Below, piece after piece: positions 20,427 through 30,300 of a DNA stretch of 64,000 nucleotides. The stretch's first letter is position 1, and every line of letters starts with the position of its first letter. Under the pieces are notes generated by a model. It saw nothing but the letters and a program-made list of their open reading frames with translations. It did no database searches and had not been told where the DNA came from. The DNA is from an uncultured Nitrososphaerota archaeon (GTDB lineage: Archaea > Thermoproteota > Nitrososphaeria > Nitrososphaerales > Nitrosopumilaceae), in contig CAWGPD010000003.1 in the NCBI GenBank assembly GCA_963824385.1, forward strand, positions 160,001-224,000. The letters run 5' to 3'. The position numbers and the translations under genes are program-made.

Positions 20427-21002
20427 TTGCACCATGTGCTTCTTCACTTTATTTTTATTGTAAAAGAGGAAGAACTAGAGCAAAGAAGATGGGAGTTTGA
20501 GTATGTGCAAAAAATGGCCCAGTTCTATAAAATCTGGATAGAAAAGACGTTTTCTAGAATAGTTGAAGTCCAAGCAGATGAGATGATTGTAAAACCAAAA
20601 GGACGATTTGGAATTATTGATACGCCTACATTGCTGCTAGACCATGAGAGCAGGGGAGCTGATATTTTTCATTTTTATCTTACTTATTTTAGGCCAATCT
20701 GGACTGATTGTACATGTGAGGGATACTTTGCAGATAATTTCGGAATGGTCCAGTGGACCAAGAGCCCGCAACGAGATGACATACATCATATGATGGAGAC
20801 AAACTGTCCCAAAGTATCACATGAGATTACTCATGAATTTCTAAGACAGGCAGGATACAAAAATTACAAAGAGCTAGTTCATGAAATATGGGACAAGCAT
20901 CTTTTTGCATCTTTACCGTATGAGCATTATGATTCAAATTATTTGCAAACAGAAAATAATGCACTCTTTGCAACTCTAGATACTTCGAGTCTGCATTCCT
21001 AG
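20427..21002 (+). CDS. Hypothetical protein with HExxH zincin-like motif
   Basis: VSHEITHEFL plus a downstream His. Confidence 0.7.
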   Translation: MHHVLLHFIFIVKEEELEQRRWEFEYVQKMAQFYKIWIEKTFSRIVEVQADEMIVKPKGRFGIIDTPTLLLDHESRGADIFHFYLTYFRPIWTDCTCEGYFADNFGMVQWTKSPQRDDIHHMMETNCPKVSHEITHEFLRQAGYKNYKELVHEIWDKHLFASLPYEHYDSNYLQTENNALFATLDTSSLHS

Positions 21003-21064
21003 AAATTGACAATTTTTTTGTAATGTCCATAAAAGACTATAAGTAAGTAATTTAGAGTTTTTTT

Positions 21065-21181
21065 ATGCCAGAATTTACTTGTCCAGATTGTGGTAAGAAA
21101 CTATATCACGAAAATGATACCACACTAACTGTAGAAACTCAAGTACACGGAAAATTTTGTCCTGCTAAGAAAAAGCACTAG
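21065..21181 (+). CDS. 38-aa C2HC zinc-finger-like protein (not in ORF track)
   Basis: MPEFTCPDCGKKLYHENDTTLTVETQVHGKFCPAKKKH; TATAAG about 25 nt upstream. Confidence 0.7.
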   Translation: MPEFTCPDCGKKLYHENDTTLTVETQVHGKFCPAKKKH

Positions 21182-21810
21182 CACTTGGTAACAGAATAAA
21201 TTCTGTCTTGGAAACTTGCAGTCTTAAAATCAATCTTGTTTTGTGGATCTTTCTTGCGAGCTGTACTTAGTTTTTCCAAAGTAACTAGTGCCTCTCCGTC
21301 AAATCCCACTGAAGAACCAAAAACTCCCTCGGCAAGCTGATTTCCAAGCTCACCTTTTTTAATATCATCAACCATTTCATAAAACTTGATTGCTTCTCTT
21401 TTTGTTGCTGCACCGCCAGATGACTTGTTCAGGCCAACTGCGATATACATTCCATTATTTTTAACTGCGATAGGAACCTTGTAGACTTTGCCAGAACTAC
21501 CAAGGATTTTTTCATTCAATAAAATTTCACATTTATGGAACATGCTTGATATGTATGCAAAAAATCGATAGTCTGCATATGAACCAGAAGCATTTTCATG
21601 ACAATCAACAAAAACCTTGTGCAAAAGTTCAAGAGCAGAATCATTCATGCTCTGCAAACGTTCTTCAATTCTTCCTTTTCTAACCAGATCAGATTTACAA
21701 TCAGCGGCAATTTTTTCTAAAATGAAAGGAGGCAGATTGTAATTTTTTAAAGTGGAGACAAAAGTTCCAGTCTTAGAAGCTCCAAATGTCGGAAAGTTTC
21801 CTCTACTCAA
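21178..21810 (-). CDS. Hypothetical protein, C-terminal half resembles a degenerate restriction-endonuclease-like fold
   Basis: I.G.SG..Y.V.I...V...K...FY.MV.DI pattern lacking the usual acidic catalytic residues. Confidence 0.6.
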   Translation of the reverse strand: MSRGNFPTFGASKTGTFVSTLKNYNLPPFILEKIAADCKSDLVRKGRIEERLQSMNDSALELLHKVFVDCHENASGSYADYRFFAYISSMFHKCEILLNEKILGSSGKVYKVPIAVKNNGMYIAVGLNKSSGGAATKREAIKFYEMVDDIKKGELGNQLAEGVFGSSVGFDGEALVTLEKLSTARKKDPQNKIDFKTASFQDRIYSVTKC

Positions 21811-21917
21811 AACAGCACAACCCCTACATTTGATATTTTAAAATTCATTCCCAACTTCCCCAGCGATAATAGTAGGAGGCTTTTTCCTTATAACTGTTAG
21901 GTAGAGGAGAGATCAGA

Positions 21918-22075
21918 TGGTGGGGCCGACCGGAATTGAACCGGCGACACACGGGTCACTACAGCTCCAAACTGTACATCATCCTAACGTCAGTGAAGCT
22001 TGTGAAACCACTGGAGCCCTTAGCGGTGATCAATGTGATCTAAACTGTCGCCATACCAGGCTAGGCTACGACCCC
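21918..22075 (-). tRNA. trnW: tRNA-Trp(CCA), CCA encoded, two introns: 28/29 (22020..22046, 27 nt) and 37/38 (21957..22010, 54 nt)
   Basis: Acceptor GGGGTCG/CGGCCCC, T-loop TTCAATT; anticodon stem ACGGG/CCCGT is restored after removing both introns; bulge-helix-bulge pairings visible. Confidence 0.9.
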
Positions 22076-22214
22076 ACATAATGAACATAAATGCACTTGA
22101 ATTTTAATTTACGCAAGTTTTCTGAAGATTTATTGATGGTATTGTGTTACTTTAAGCGTTGAAGTACACAAAACCAAGGAGCGGAAAAATTTAGTCCGTC
22201 CAATTATCATAATA

Positions 22215-22724
22215 TTGGGAGCAATTCCAGTCTTGGCAGCACTTTTCATTGTAGTTCCAACACTTCTCAGACCTGAAATTACAAATGTTGCAGTAAATGC
22301 AGATGATGTTATCTCTATACAATACACCAAGGAGCATCTCAAAAAAATTTCATTTGGTCTTACACAGAGCATTGGAGCTGAAACGGCCGAAGTTCTGACA
22401 ATATCTAATGATGGTCAGACAATTTACAGTTTAACAAAAAATGGCTATTCTGCGCCTGATGTAAAATATCAATTGCAAAAAGAAGAGGTTACACGTCTGA
22501 CTGCGCTTGTAAAAGAGACAGGATTTATGGAAATTCCACAAACACCAATTCCAGTAAAAAGTAATCTGGATGAATATGACAAGTATGGACTAGAAGTGAC
22601 ACTTGACGGTAAAACAGTCAATATATCATGGCCTGACCAAAATGCCACTGATCAATTCATTCCTCCACTAATTAGCCAAGTTCAAGACAGCCTAGATGGC
22701 GTAATTACAGAAATAACAAAATAA
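22215..22724 (+). CDS. Membrane-anchored hypothetical protein (true start probably a little upstream)
   Basis: N-terminal TM; frame is open back to 22137. Confidence 0.7.
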   Translation: MGAIPVLAALFIVVPTLLRPEITNVAVNADDVISIQYTKEHLKKISFGLTQSIGAETAEVLTISNDGQTIYSLTKNGYSAPDVKYQLQKEEVTRLTALVKETGFMEIPQTPIPVKSNLDEYDKYGLEVTLDGKTVNISWPDQNATDQFIPPLISQVQDSLDGVITEITK

Positions 22725-22749
22725 ATAGCCTAATGGCGATCAAAAATTT

Positions 22750-23718
22750 ATGATTCCTCTTTCTGGCGATCTGGGTAATGCTAAAGGTGTAGTTAGAGAA
22801 AATGTTGGCTCGTTTGGAACTATGCGAGGAACTTCAACTCTAAAACGCGGTTTTGCTCACATGCTAAAAAATGGAGTTGTGATGGATGTTACAACTGTAG
22901 AACAAGCTCAGATTGCAGAAGAAGCAGGTGCAGTTGCAGTAATGGTTTTAGATAAACTTCCATCAGATGTTAGAAAAGCTGGGGGTGTTGCAAGGACTGC
23001 AAGCATTAGAATTATTCAAGAAATTATGGACTCGGTAACAATTCCTGTCATGGCAAAATGCAGAATAGGTCATGTGTATGAGGCAATGGTTTTGCAAGAA
23101 ACAAATGTTGACATGATTGATGAATCTGAAGTTCTAACGCCCGCTGATGAGAATCATCACATATGGAAATGGGATTTTACTACTCCGTTTGTAAATGGTG
23201 CAAGAAATCTTGGTGAGGCATTAAGAAGAATTGAAGAAGGTGCAGCAATGATTAGAACAAAAGGAGAGCCTGGTACTGGTAATGTTGCAGAAGCTGTAAT
23301 TCATATTAAAAATGTCAACACAGAACTTCGAAGAATAAAATCAATTTATGATGCAGGAGATGAGCAAGACTTGATAAGTGTTGCAAGAGAACTCAAAGTT
23401 TCTTATTCCCTTGTAGAAGAGACTGCAAGTTTGGGCAGATTGCCTGTTGTAAATTTCGCAGCTGGTGGAATTTCAACACCAGCAGATGCAGCATATTTGA
23501 TGACACTTGGATGTGATGGAGTCTTTGTCGGTTCTGGTATATTCAAGGCAGATGATGCAAAGGAGAGAGCTCAAGCTATTGTACTTGCAACAACGTTCTG
23601 GGAAGATCCAGACAAAGTAAAAGAAGCACAAAAAATGATTGATGAAAGACAATCAATGTTGGGACTTGATACAAAGAATCTTGATCTTAGAATGCAAGAA
23701 CGTGGTAGTACAGCATGA
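22750..23718 (+). CDS. pdxS: Pyridoxal 5'-phosphate synthase lyase subunit
   Basis: [36 protein letters not shown]. Confidence 0.98.
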   Translation: MIPLSGDLGNAKGVVRENVGSFGTMRGTSTLKRGFAHMLKNGVVMDVTTVEQAQIAEEAGAVAVMVLDKLPSDVRKAGGVARTASIRIIQEIMDSVTIPVMAKCRIGHVYEAMVLQETNVDMIDESEVLTPADENHHIWKWDFTTPFVNGARNLGEALRRIEEGAAMIRTKGEPGTGNVAEAVIHIKNVNTELRRIKSIYDAGDEQDLISVARELKVSYSLVEETASLGRLPVVNFAAGGISTPADAAYLMTLGCDGVFVGSGIFKADDAKERAQAIVLATTFWEDPDKVKEAQKMIDERQSMLGLDTKNLDLRMQERGSTA

Positions 23719-24332
23719 GCGGCATTAGCATAGGTGTATTAGCAGTTCAAGGAGATGTCGCAGAAAATATCATGGCAGCAAAGATGGCACTAGAAGAACT
23801 TGGCCTTGAGGGAATAGTAAGCGAGGTCAAGACTCCAGAGCAGATCTCAGATCTTGATGGATTGATTATTCCAGGCGGAGAAAGCACAGTAATTGGCACT
23901 TTATCAATGGTAAATGGTTCACTAAAAAAAATTAAGGAAAAAATTGCAGGCGGAATGCCTGTCTTTGGAATATGTGCAGGGATGATCATGCTATCAAAAA
24001 AGGCAAAGGACAGAGTACTTGGAGAGATGGACCAGCCACTGTTGGACTTTCTTGATGTAAAAATAGAGAGAAATGCATTTGGAAGACAAAAGGACTCGTT
24101 TGAATCTGTTATATCACTTGACAAAATTGGCATCTCAAAATTTCCAGGAGTATTCATCAGAGCACCATACATTATAGAAACAGGAAAAGATGTCGAAGTC
24201 TTGTCAAAGTTTAATGAAAAGATAACTGCTGTAAAGCAGGGAAATATAATGGGTACTTCATTTCATCCTGAATTGACAGGAGACCTATCACTGCACAAAT
24301 ACTTTGTAAACCTCATCAAGGCAAAGCATTAG
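23715..24332 (+). CDS. pdxT: Pyridoxal 5'-phosphate synthase glutaminase subunit
   Basis: PGGEST, GICAG, FIRAP, FHPELT; coupled to pdxS. Confidence 0.98.
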   Translation: MSGISIGVLAVQGDVAENIMAAKMALEELGLEGIVSEVKTPEQISDLDGLIIPGGESTVIGTLSMVNGSLKKIKEKIAGGMPVFGICAGMIMLSKKAKDRVLGEMDQPLLDFLDVKIERNAFGRQKDSFESVISLDKIGISKFPGVFIRAPYIIETGKDVEVLSKFNEKITAVKQGNIMGTSFHPELTGDLSLHKYFVNLIKAKH

Positions 24333-24400
24333 AACCTATAGATTCAATTACAGGAAATACCTTTTATATCAAATTCAGTTCATGTTATATTGTAACATTA

Positions 24401-26683
24401 ATGCAAATAGAAACAACTCCTGATCTAGTTTCAAAGGTTTACACCAAGATTGAAGAAAACATTATAAAATATAGAAAACTTGTCAACAGACCGCTTACTC
24501 TAACTGAAAAAATCCTTGTTGGTCATCTTGATAATATACAAACCGCAAAAGACCTAGAGCCTGGTAAGAGCTATTCATTTTTCAGACCTGACAGAGTTGC
24601 ATTACAAGATGTAACAGGACAGATGGTTATCTTACAATTCATGCAGTCTGGTCTCAAACGTAGTTCACTCCCAACAACTGTACACTGTGATCATCTCATA
24701 CGAGCAAAAGTTAGCGGTGATGTAGATATCAAAGTTGCACTAGATGAGAACAGCGAAGTCTACAAGTTTCTTGAATCATCTTGTAGAAAATATGGAATCG
24801 GATTTTGGAAGCCAGGTGCAGGAATTATTCATCAGGTTGTATTAGAAAATTATGCTTTTCCAGGTGGATTGATGATTGGAACTGACTCTCATACGCCAAA
24901 CGCAGGGGGCCTTGGCATGCTTGCTGTTGGTGTAGGTGGACTAGATGCAACCGAAGTCATGGCAGGATTTCCATGGGAGCTTCTATATCCAAAAAGAATT
25001 GGCATTCATCTAAAAGGAGAACTAAATGGATGGGTTGCACCAAAAGATGTTATACTGTATGTAGCAATGAAGCTTACAGTATCTGGCGGAACAAATGCCA
25101 TAGTAGAATATTTTGGATCTGGAACAAAATCAATTAGCTGTACTGGAAAAGCAACAATAACCAATATGGGTGCAGAGATTGGCGCAACATGTTCTGTATT
25201 TCCATATGATGATAAGATGGAAGTTTATCTAAAATCAACTAATCGAGGAGAGATTGCAGAACTTGCAAACAAGCATAGAGAAATTCTTGTTGCAGATCCT
25301 GAAATTGAACAAAATCCAGAAAAATATTTTGATAAAGTAATAGAAATTGATCTATCTACATTAGAGCCATACATTGCAGGTCCTCATACTCCAGACCTTG
25401 CAAGACCAATATCACAACTTGCTAATGATGTCAAGAAAAATAATTATCTTGATACAGTATCTGTGGCACTAATTGGAAGCTGCACCAACTCTTCTTATGA
25501 AGACATGACAAGAGCTGCATCTGTTGCAGAGCAAGCAAAATCTCATGGAATACATATCAAAATTCCGCTTCTAGTGACTCCAGGTTCAGAACAGATCCGT
25601 GCAACAATTGAACGTGATGGACAGATGAAAACTTTACATGATATTGGAGCAACTGTCCTTGCAAACGCATGCGGCCCATGCATAGGACAATGGAATAGAC
25701 CTGAAATGAAACCAGGCGAGCCAAATACTATAATCACTTCATTTAATCGAAATTTCCCTGGGCGAAATGACGGCAGAAGAGAGACAATGGCCTTTATGGG
25801 CAGTCCTGAACTAATTGTCGCACTAGCACTTGGCGGCAGGTTGTCATTTAATCCGCTTAAAGACACTCTCAAGGGACCTGATGGAAAAGAGTTCAAGCTA
25901 GAGGCTCCAAAAAAGGCACCCGAAGTTCCATCCAAGGGATTTTCAAATATGGGAGACATTTACGTTCCACCTGCTGCAAATCCAGACGAGATTACAGTTG
26001 TGATAAATCCGTCAAGTGGAAGATTACAAAAACTAGAACCATTTTTGAAGTGGGACGGCAAAGATTTTGTTGAATTACCGTTATTACTAAAAGCTAAAGG
26101 CAAGTGTACAACAGATCACATATCTCCAGCAGGTGCATGGCTGTCATTGCGTGGTCATATTGATAAAATAAGTGACAATGTATTTCTTGGTGCCATTAAT
26201 GCATTTACAGGAGATGTTGGTAAAGGAAAGAATGAACTAAATGGAAATACAGAATCCTTTCCAGTTGTAGCAAGACAGTACAAAGACAAGGGACTCAAAT
26301 GGATTGTTGTAGGTGACAACAATTATGGTGAAGGCAGCAGCAGGGAACATGCTGCCATGTCTCCGAGATATCTTGGATGCGGTGCAGTAGTTGTAAGAAG
26401 TTTTGCACGTATTCATGAAACTAATCTAAAAAAACAAGGAGTGCTTGCACTTACTTTCGTAAATCCTGCAGATTATGACAAAGTTCAGGAGACTGATAAA
26501 ATTAGCATCTTGGATCTATCCCATATGCAGCCTGGAAAAAATGTTAAATGTATTTTGTGTCACAAGGATGGAACAAAGGACGAGATTACATTAAAGCACT
26601 CGTACAATGATTTCCAGATAAAATGGTTCAAGGCAGGTTCTGCTCTGAATATTTTACGTGAAAGAGAAGCTCAAGCCCAGTAA
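24401..26683 (+). CDS. acnA: Aconitate hydratase (mitochondrial-like type)
   Basis: HCDH, DSHT, IGSCTNSS, ACGPCIGQW, TTDHISP, GSSREHA. Confidence 0.97.
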   Translation: MQIETTPDLVSKVYTKIEENIIKYRKLVNRPLTLTEKILVGHLDNIQTAKDLEPGKSYSFFRPDRVALQDVTGQMVILQFMQSGLKRSSLPTTVHCDHLIRAKVSGDVDIKVALDENSEVYKFLESSCRKYGIGFWKPGAGIIHQVVLENYAFPGGLMIGTDSHTPNAGGLGMLAVGVGGLDATEVMAGFPWELLYPKRIGIHLKGELNGWVAPKDVILYVAMKLTVSGGTNAIVEYFGSGTKSISCTGKATITNMGAEIGATCSVFPYDDKMEVYLKSTNRGEIAELANKHREILVADPEIEQNPEKYFDKVIEIDLSTLEPYIAGPHTPDLARPISQLANDVKKNNYLDTVSVALIGSCTNSSYEDMTRAASVAEQAKSHGIHIKIPLLVTPGSEQIRATIERDGQMKTLHDIGATVLANACGPCIGQWNRPEMKPGEPNTIITSFNRNFPGRNDGRRETMAFMGSPELIVALALGGRLSFNPLKDTLKGPDGKEFKLEAPKKAPEVPSKGFSNMGDIYVPPAANPDEITVVINPSSGRLQKLEPFLKWDGKDFVELPLLLKAKGKCTTDHISPAGAWLSLRGHIDKISDNVFLGAINAFTGDVGKGKNELNGNTESFPVVARQYKDKGLKWIVVGDNNYGEGSSREHAAMSPRYLGCGAVVVRSFARIHETNLKKQGVLALTFVNPADYDKVQETDKISILDLSHMQPGKNVKCILCHKDGTKDEITLKHSYNDFQIKWFKAGSALNILREREAQAQ

Positions 26684-26728
26684 AAAAGCAAGAACTAATA
26701 GTTTAGGAACCATAATTTTCTATCAGTC

Positions 26729-26962
26729 TTGAGCCATACATTTGATCCAAACGAACTCTACAACAGGGTAGTTCATTATTACATTGACAAAAAAGGATAC
26801 TCAAAAGAGCAGGCAAATGAGATTGCCCGCAAGGTAGTTGAGAGGGAAAAAAGCAGGTATACGTGTAAGAATGTTAGTTGCGGCCATGGCATGTATGACC
26901 ATATACGACACAGCGAGACTTGTCTTGTACTAGACTGTGACTGTAGACAATTTGTCAGCTAA
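26729..26962 (+). CDS. Small protein with C-terminal Cys/His metal-binding motif
   Basis: CKNVSCGH...H......C....C.C. Confidence 0.7.
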   Translation: MSHTFDPNELYNRVVHYYIDKKGYSKEQANEIARKVVEREKSRYTCKNVSCGHGMYDHIRHSETCLVLDCDCRQFVS

Positions 26963-27954
26963 GATACTTGCAACAAAATCTTTCCAAACTGGTTATTCTT
27001 TTCCATTTTCTGGTGGGCAACTTTTGCATCTTTTAGTTTGAAAATCTCATCAATTGCAGGTTTTATCTTTTTTAATTTCATAAATTTGTGTAGTGATATC
27101 AATTGTGACTTTGATCCAAGATATATCCCAATTATTTGAGCCTCTTTGCTGTAAAATGCCCTGATATTTACTGTAGCTTCTCCACCTGTCGTAGTACCAC
27201 ATGCAATCATTCTACCTTTTACTTTGAGAACTTCAAGGCTTATTGGCCAAGTCTTTGTACCAACATGATCAATTACTGCATCCACTCCAACTTGGTTTGT
27301 AATCTTTAGAACTTGTAATGTTACATCTTGAGTATTTCTATCAATGACAAAGTCTGCACCAAGTTTTTTTGCAAATTTTATTTTGTTTTTATCTGATGCA
27401 ACTGTTATGACCTTCAATCCTTTGGCTTTAGCAAGTAATACTGCTGCAGAGCCCACTCCGCTGTTTGCCCCCCAGATTAGAATAGTGTCTCTTTTTTTAC
27501 ATCTTGACTTTTCCAACATGTTCCAAGCTGTAAGATAAGAGACATTGATTGCAGCAGCTTCCTTATCAGAGAACCAATCTGGTTTTTTTATTATATTGTT
27601 TTTTGGAACTGAAATTAGTTCAGCATAGCCTCCTCTGTATTTTCCAAACCCGCCTATGATTCCGAAAGATACTCGAGGTATATGGCTGTCAAAAGCGGGA
27701 TAGATAATTACCTTATCACCTTTCTTAAAACCTGAAAATCCTTCAAGCAATGTTCCGCTGATATCACAGCCTAAAATGTGTGGAAATGATACTTTTTTAC
27801 CTATAATCCCGTTTCTTACCCAGATATCCAAGTGGTTTACTGCGCAATAATTTACCTTGACTAGAACATTTTCTCTCTCAGGTACAGGATCTGGGATTTC
27901 TTCATATGACAAGACCTCAGGTCCACCATGTTTTCTAATTATTATTGCCTTCAA
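26959..27954 (-). CDS. MDR-family zinc-binding dehydrogenase / quinone oxidoreductase
   Basis: HGGPEVL, VNHLD, GANSGVG, QFGKI. Confidence 0.92.
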   Translation of the reverse strand: MKAIIIRKHGGPEVLSYEEIPDPVPERENVLVKVNYCAVNHLDIWVRNGIIGKKVSFPHILGCDISGTLLEGFSGFKKGDKVIIYPAFDSHIPRVSFGIIGGFGKYRGGYAELISVPKNNIIKKPDWFSDKEAAAINVSYLTAWNMLEKSRCKKRDTILIWGANSGVGSAAVLLAKAKGLKVITVASDKNKIKFAKKLGADFVIDRNTQDVTLQVLKITNQVGVDAVIDHVGTKTWPISLEVLKVKGRMIACGTTTGGEATVNIRAFYSKEAQIIGIYLGSKSQLISLHKFMKLKKIKPAIDEIFKLKDAKVAHQKMEKNNQFGKILLQVS

Positions 27955-28104
27955 CTGATATTTTCAAGATGGAATTATTATTTAAAGAAAAAAATTTACC
28001 TGCAAACTATAGTGGAGTTGGGAATTGTACAAAAAATTCAAAACTCTATTTGCATAGAATCAAAATTAGTTATTTTATAAGACGATAGTTGTGTATTGCA
28101 TCTA

Positions 28105-28212
28105 GTGCTGAAAAAACAATATCGTATAGCTATATTTGGCGGATTTATACTAGTTGGCGCGATTCTCATTATTGCATCATATCTGTCTAGAGTACATTTG
28201 ATAAAAATCTAA
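28105..28212 (+). CDS. Putative 35-aa single-TM protein (not in ORF track)
   Basis: GTG start; MLKKQYRIAIFGGFILVGAILIIASYLSRVHLIKI; TTTTATAA upstream. Confidence 0.5.
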   Translation: MLKKQYRIAIFGGFILVGAILIIASYLSRVHLIKI

Positions 28213-28352
28213 ACTCATCATACAAAGAAAACAAGTGTCTAAAATCGGCAAAACAACAAAGTAATAGAATCAAAAAATTGGCTGTTTTTTTAACGTAGTA
28301 TCATACAGCAGATGTAACGTTCTTATCCTTGTATTTATTATCTGAAACGAAC

Positions 28353-28646
28353 ATGAATTTTTTCTCAAAGAAATTCAAATGCGATAAATGCGAATCAAAG
28401 TTTTCAAAATATGAAGATCTGATAAGTCATGCTAGACATGAACACCATCATGAAATCATAAAGTGTATGGAATGTGGAAAGGAGTTTATCTACGAAGCAG
28501 ATAGGTTACACCACTCAAGAAAGGAACACGAGAAGAAAATGTTTGGCCGTATTCATAAATATGGAGATAAGCATGAAAAAAGTTCACCGTCCACTCCTCA
28601 AGACAATGTGGATAAACACACTGGACACTTTAGCGACAAACTTTGA
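28353..28646 (+). CDS. Tandem C2H2 zinc-finger protein
   Basis: FKCDKC...F......L..H...H and KCMECGKEF.......HH...H. Confidence 0.85.
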   Translation: MNFFSKKFKCDKCESKFSKYEDLISHARHEHHHEIIKCMECGKEFIYEADRLHHSRKEHEKKMFGRIHKYGDKHEKSSPSTPQDNVDKHTGHFSDKL

Positions 28647-28800
28647 ACAGATATTAGGTTAAAAATCTAATTTTTTATCTATATTCTTACTAGAAAAAAC
28701 ATCCTAACATGGTATAATTTGATTTGTTGTAGACTATAATCTAAATATCTTGACAGATGTGAATTAAAAAAATAAAAAAAGAGAGTTTCTTTCGAAACTA

Positions 28801-29301
28801 CTAGGATGTTGCTGGTGGTGCGGTGCTTGTAGATGGTGCTTGTTTATTCCATCCCTGTCCACCATGTTTGAAACCACCCTTCATTCCTCCTTGGTGACCA
28901 CCCATTCCAAATCCATGGAATGTGTGTCCTGGAGAGACATAGAGCACTGCTCCACTTGAAGGATCGACAATTACAGAGTATACCTTGCTATTACCGTCGA
29001 TTACTTTGAAGGCATATACAAGAGAACCTTGCATTGGTTTCAAGTTTCCACTAATCACTTGTCCACCTGTAATTGGTGATGCAGTTGAACCTGCTGCTGC
29101 AGTATTTGCGGCAACAGAGAAACTAACTGTCACTTTTGACATGAGTGTCTGTTCAATATTGATTGAACCAGTGATTGTTGGTTTTGTGTTTGTTGTAGAC
29201 ACTTGTGCAGAAGCTGCGCCCATTCCTGCTGTGGCAAATATTGCCACACCAATTATGATAGCAAGCAACTTTTTGTGCGCTACTAGACTTTGTGTATTCA
29301 T
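28801..29301 (-). CDS. Secreted PepSY-like protein with Gly/His-rich tail
   Basis: Signal peptide; LVYAFKV......V.VDP.SG.VL PepSY pattern. Confidence 0.78.
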   Translation of the reverse strand: MNTQSLVAHKKLLAIIIGVAIFATAGMGAASAQVSTTNTKPTITGSINIEQTLMSKVTVSFSVAANTAAAGSTASPITGGQVISGNLKPMQGSLVYAFKVIDGNSKVYSVIVDPSSGAVLYVSPGHTFHGFGMGGHQGGMKGGFKHGGQGWNKQAPSTSTAPPATS

Positions 29302-29329
29302 GCCGTAGTTACTGGAAAGTCGATATAAA

Positions 29330-29364
29330 GAATTGTGACACATTGTTCAGTAACAATGTTAGTG
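29330..29364 (-). promoter_or_regulatory. Shared 35-bp upstream element, copy 2 (core ACATTGTT-N4-AACAATGT)
   Basis: Perfect inverted repeat; 29 nt from the ATG, same as copy 1. Confidence 0.75.
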
Positions 29365-29479
29365 TGGTCATGAATTCATGAGAGGTGAATGAGACGTGAA
29401 TACACATAAAATAATTTGTTGAGATGTACGGTACAATACCTGTTAAAAATAAAAAACGTATGTATCTAGTTTAAAAAAC

Positions 29480-29499
29480 AAAGGAGTTTGCAAATGTTT
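29480..29499. repeat. 20-bp direct repeat AAAGGAGTTTGCAAATGTTT, second copy 30157..30176
   Basis: Identical copies flank the 29584..30030 gene. Confidence 0.8.
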
Positions 29500-29583
29500 T
29501 AAGATTAATTTATGATGACACTCTTATTTCTCCTATTGCTTATCAAACCTTACAGAATCTAAATTAAAAAGAAAAGGAAAGAT

Positions 29584-30030
29584 CTATGGATTTCGTGTAG
29601 GTTTCCAAGATGAAAACCATGACTGGACCATACCCGTATCCATAGTTGTAAATGCCTTCAAGTTGTCATGAAATGTCTTCATGTTCTGCCTTGTTGCATC
29701 TATTGCAGTTATTAGTGCCTTGTTCTGCAGAGAATTGGTTTTTACAAACTCATCTGTTGCATCGTTGATTGATTTTAGATAAGACTGAGGAAGATTTGAT
29801 CCTAGTCCGCTCTTTGCTACCATCTCTTGCTGGAATGCCACTGTGTTATCTATGGTATTCTTGCATCCCAAGATGAACTCCTGCTGGAGTTGAGAAATTG
29901 CGTCCATGCATTGCGTTACATTTTTCTCGACTTCTTCAAAGTAACGATTAAGATTTTGTCTGTATGCTGCATAGACATCTCGTGTATCAGGCTTGCCTGT
30001 CTTCTCACTTAACATCTCTGTTTTACTCAT
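29584..30030 (-). CDS. All-helical hypothetical protein (phasin-like composition)
   Basis: 148 aa, amphipathic, Q/N/T-rich, Trp-containing C-terminus. Confidence 0.7.
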   Translation of the reverse strand: MSKTEMLSEKTGKPDTRDVYAAYRQNLNRYFEEVEKNVTQCMDAISQLQQEFILGCKNTIDNTVAFQQEMVAKSGLGSNLPQSYLKSINDATDEFVKTNSLQNKALITAIDATRQNMKTFHDNLKAFTTMDTGMVQSWFSSWKPTRNP

Positions 30031-30300
30031 GGCATTATTGTACATCGTAATCTCATAAACGTCTTGACAATAGAATCATTAGAACTACATAAGATATGTA
30101 ATGACTAATTTACTATGCATATTTTAGAAAAAAATTCTGGCTTTCTTCTAGTTAAAAAAGGAGTTTGCAAATGTTTGCAAATGATACATATTATTTTAAT
30201 AATTGATTTGGTAATGATTAGTAGTTCTGTAGAAAAATATCTCCTACCAGAAATATTTTCTACAGTTCTAATTTATAATAATTTTTAGAAAATAAAATTT

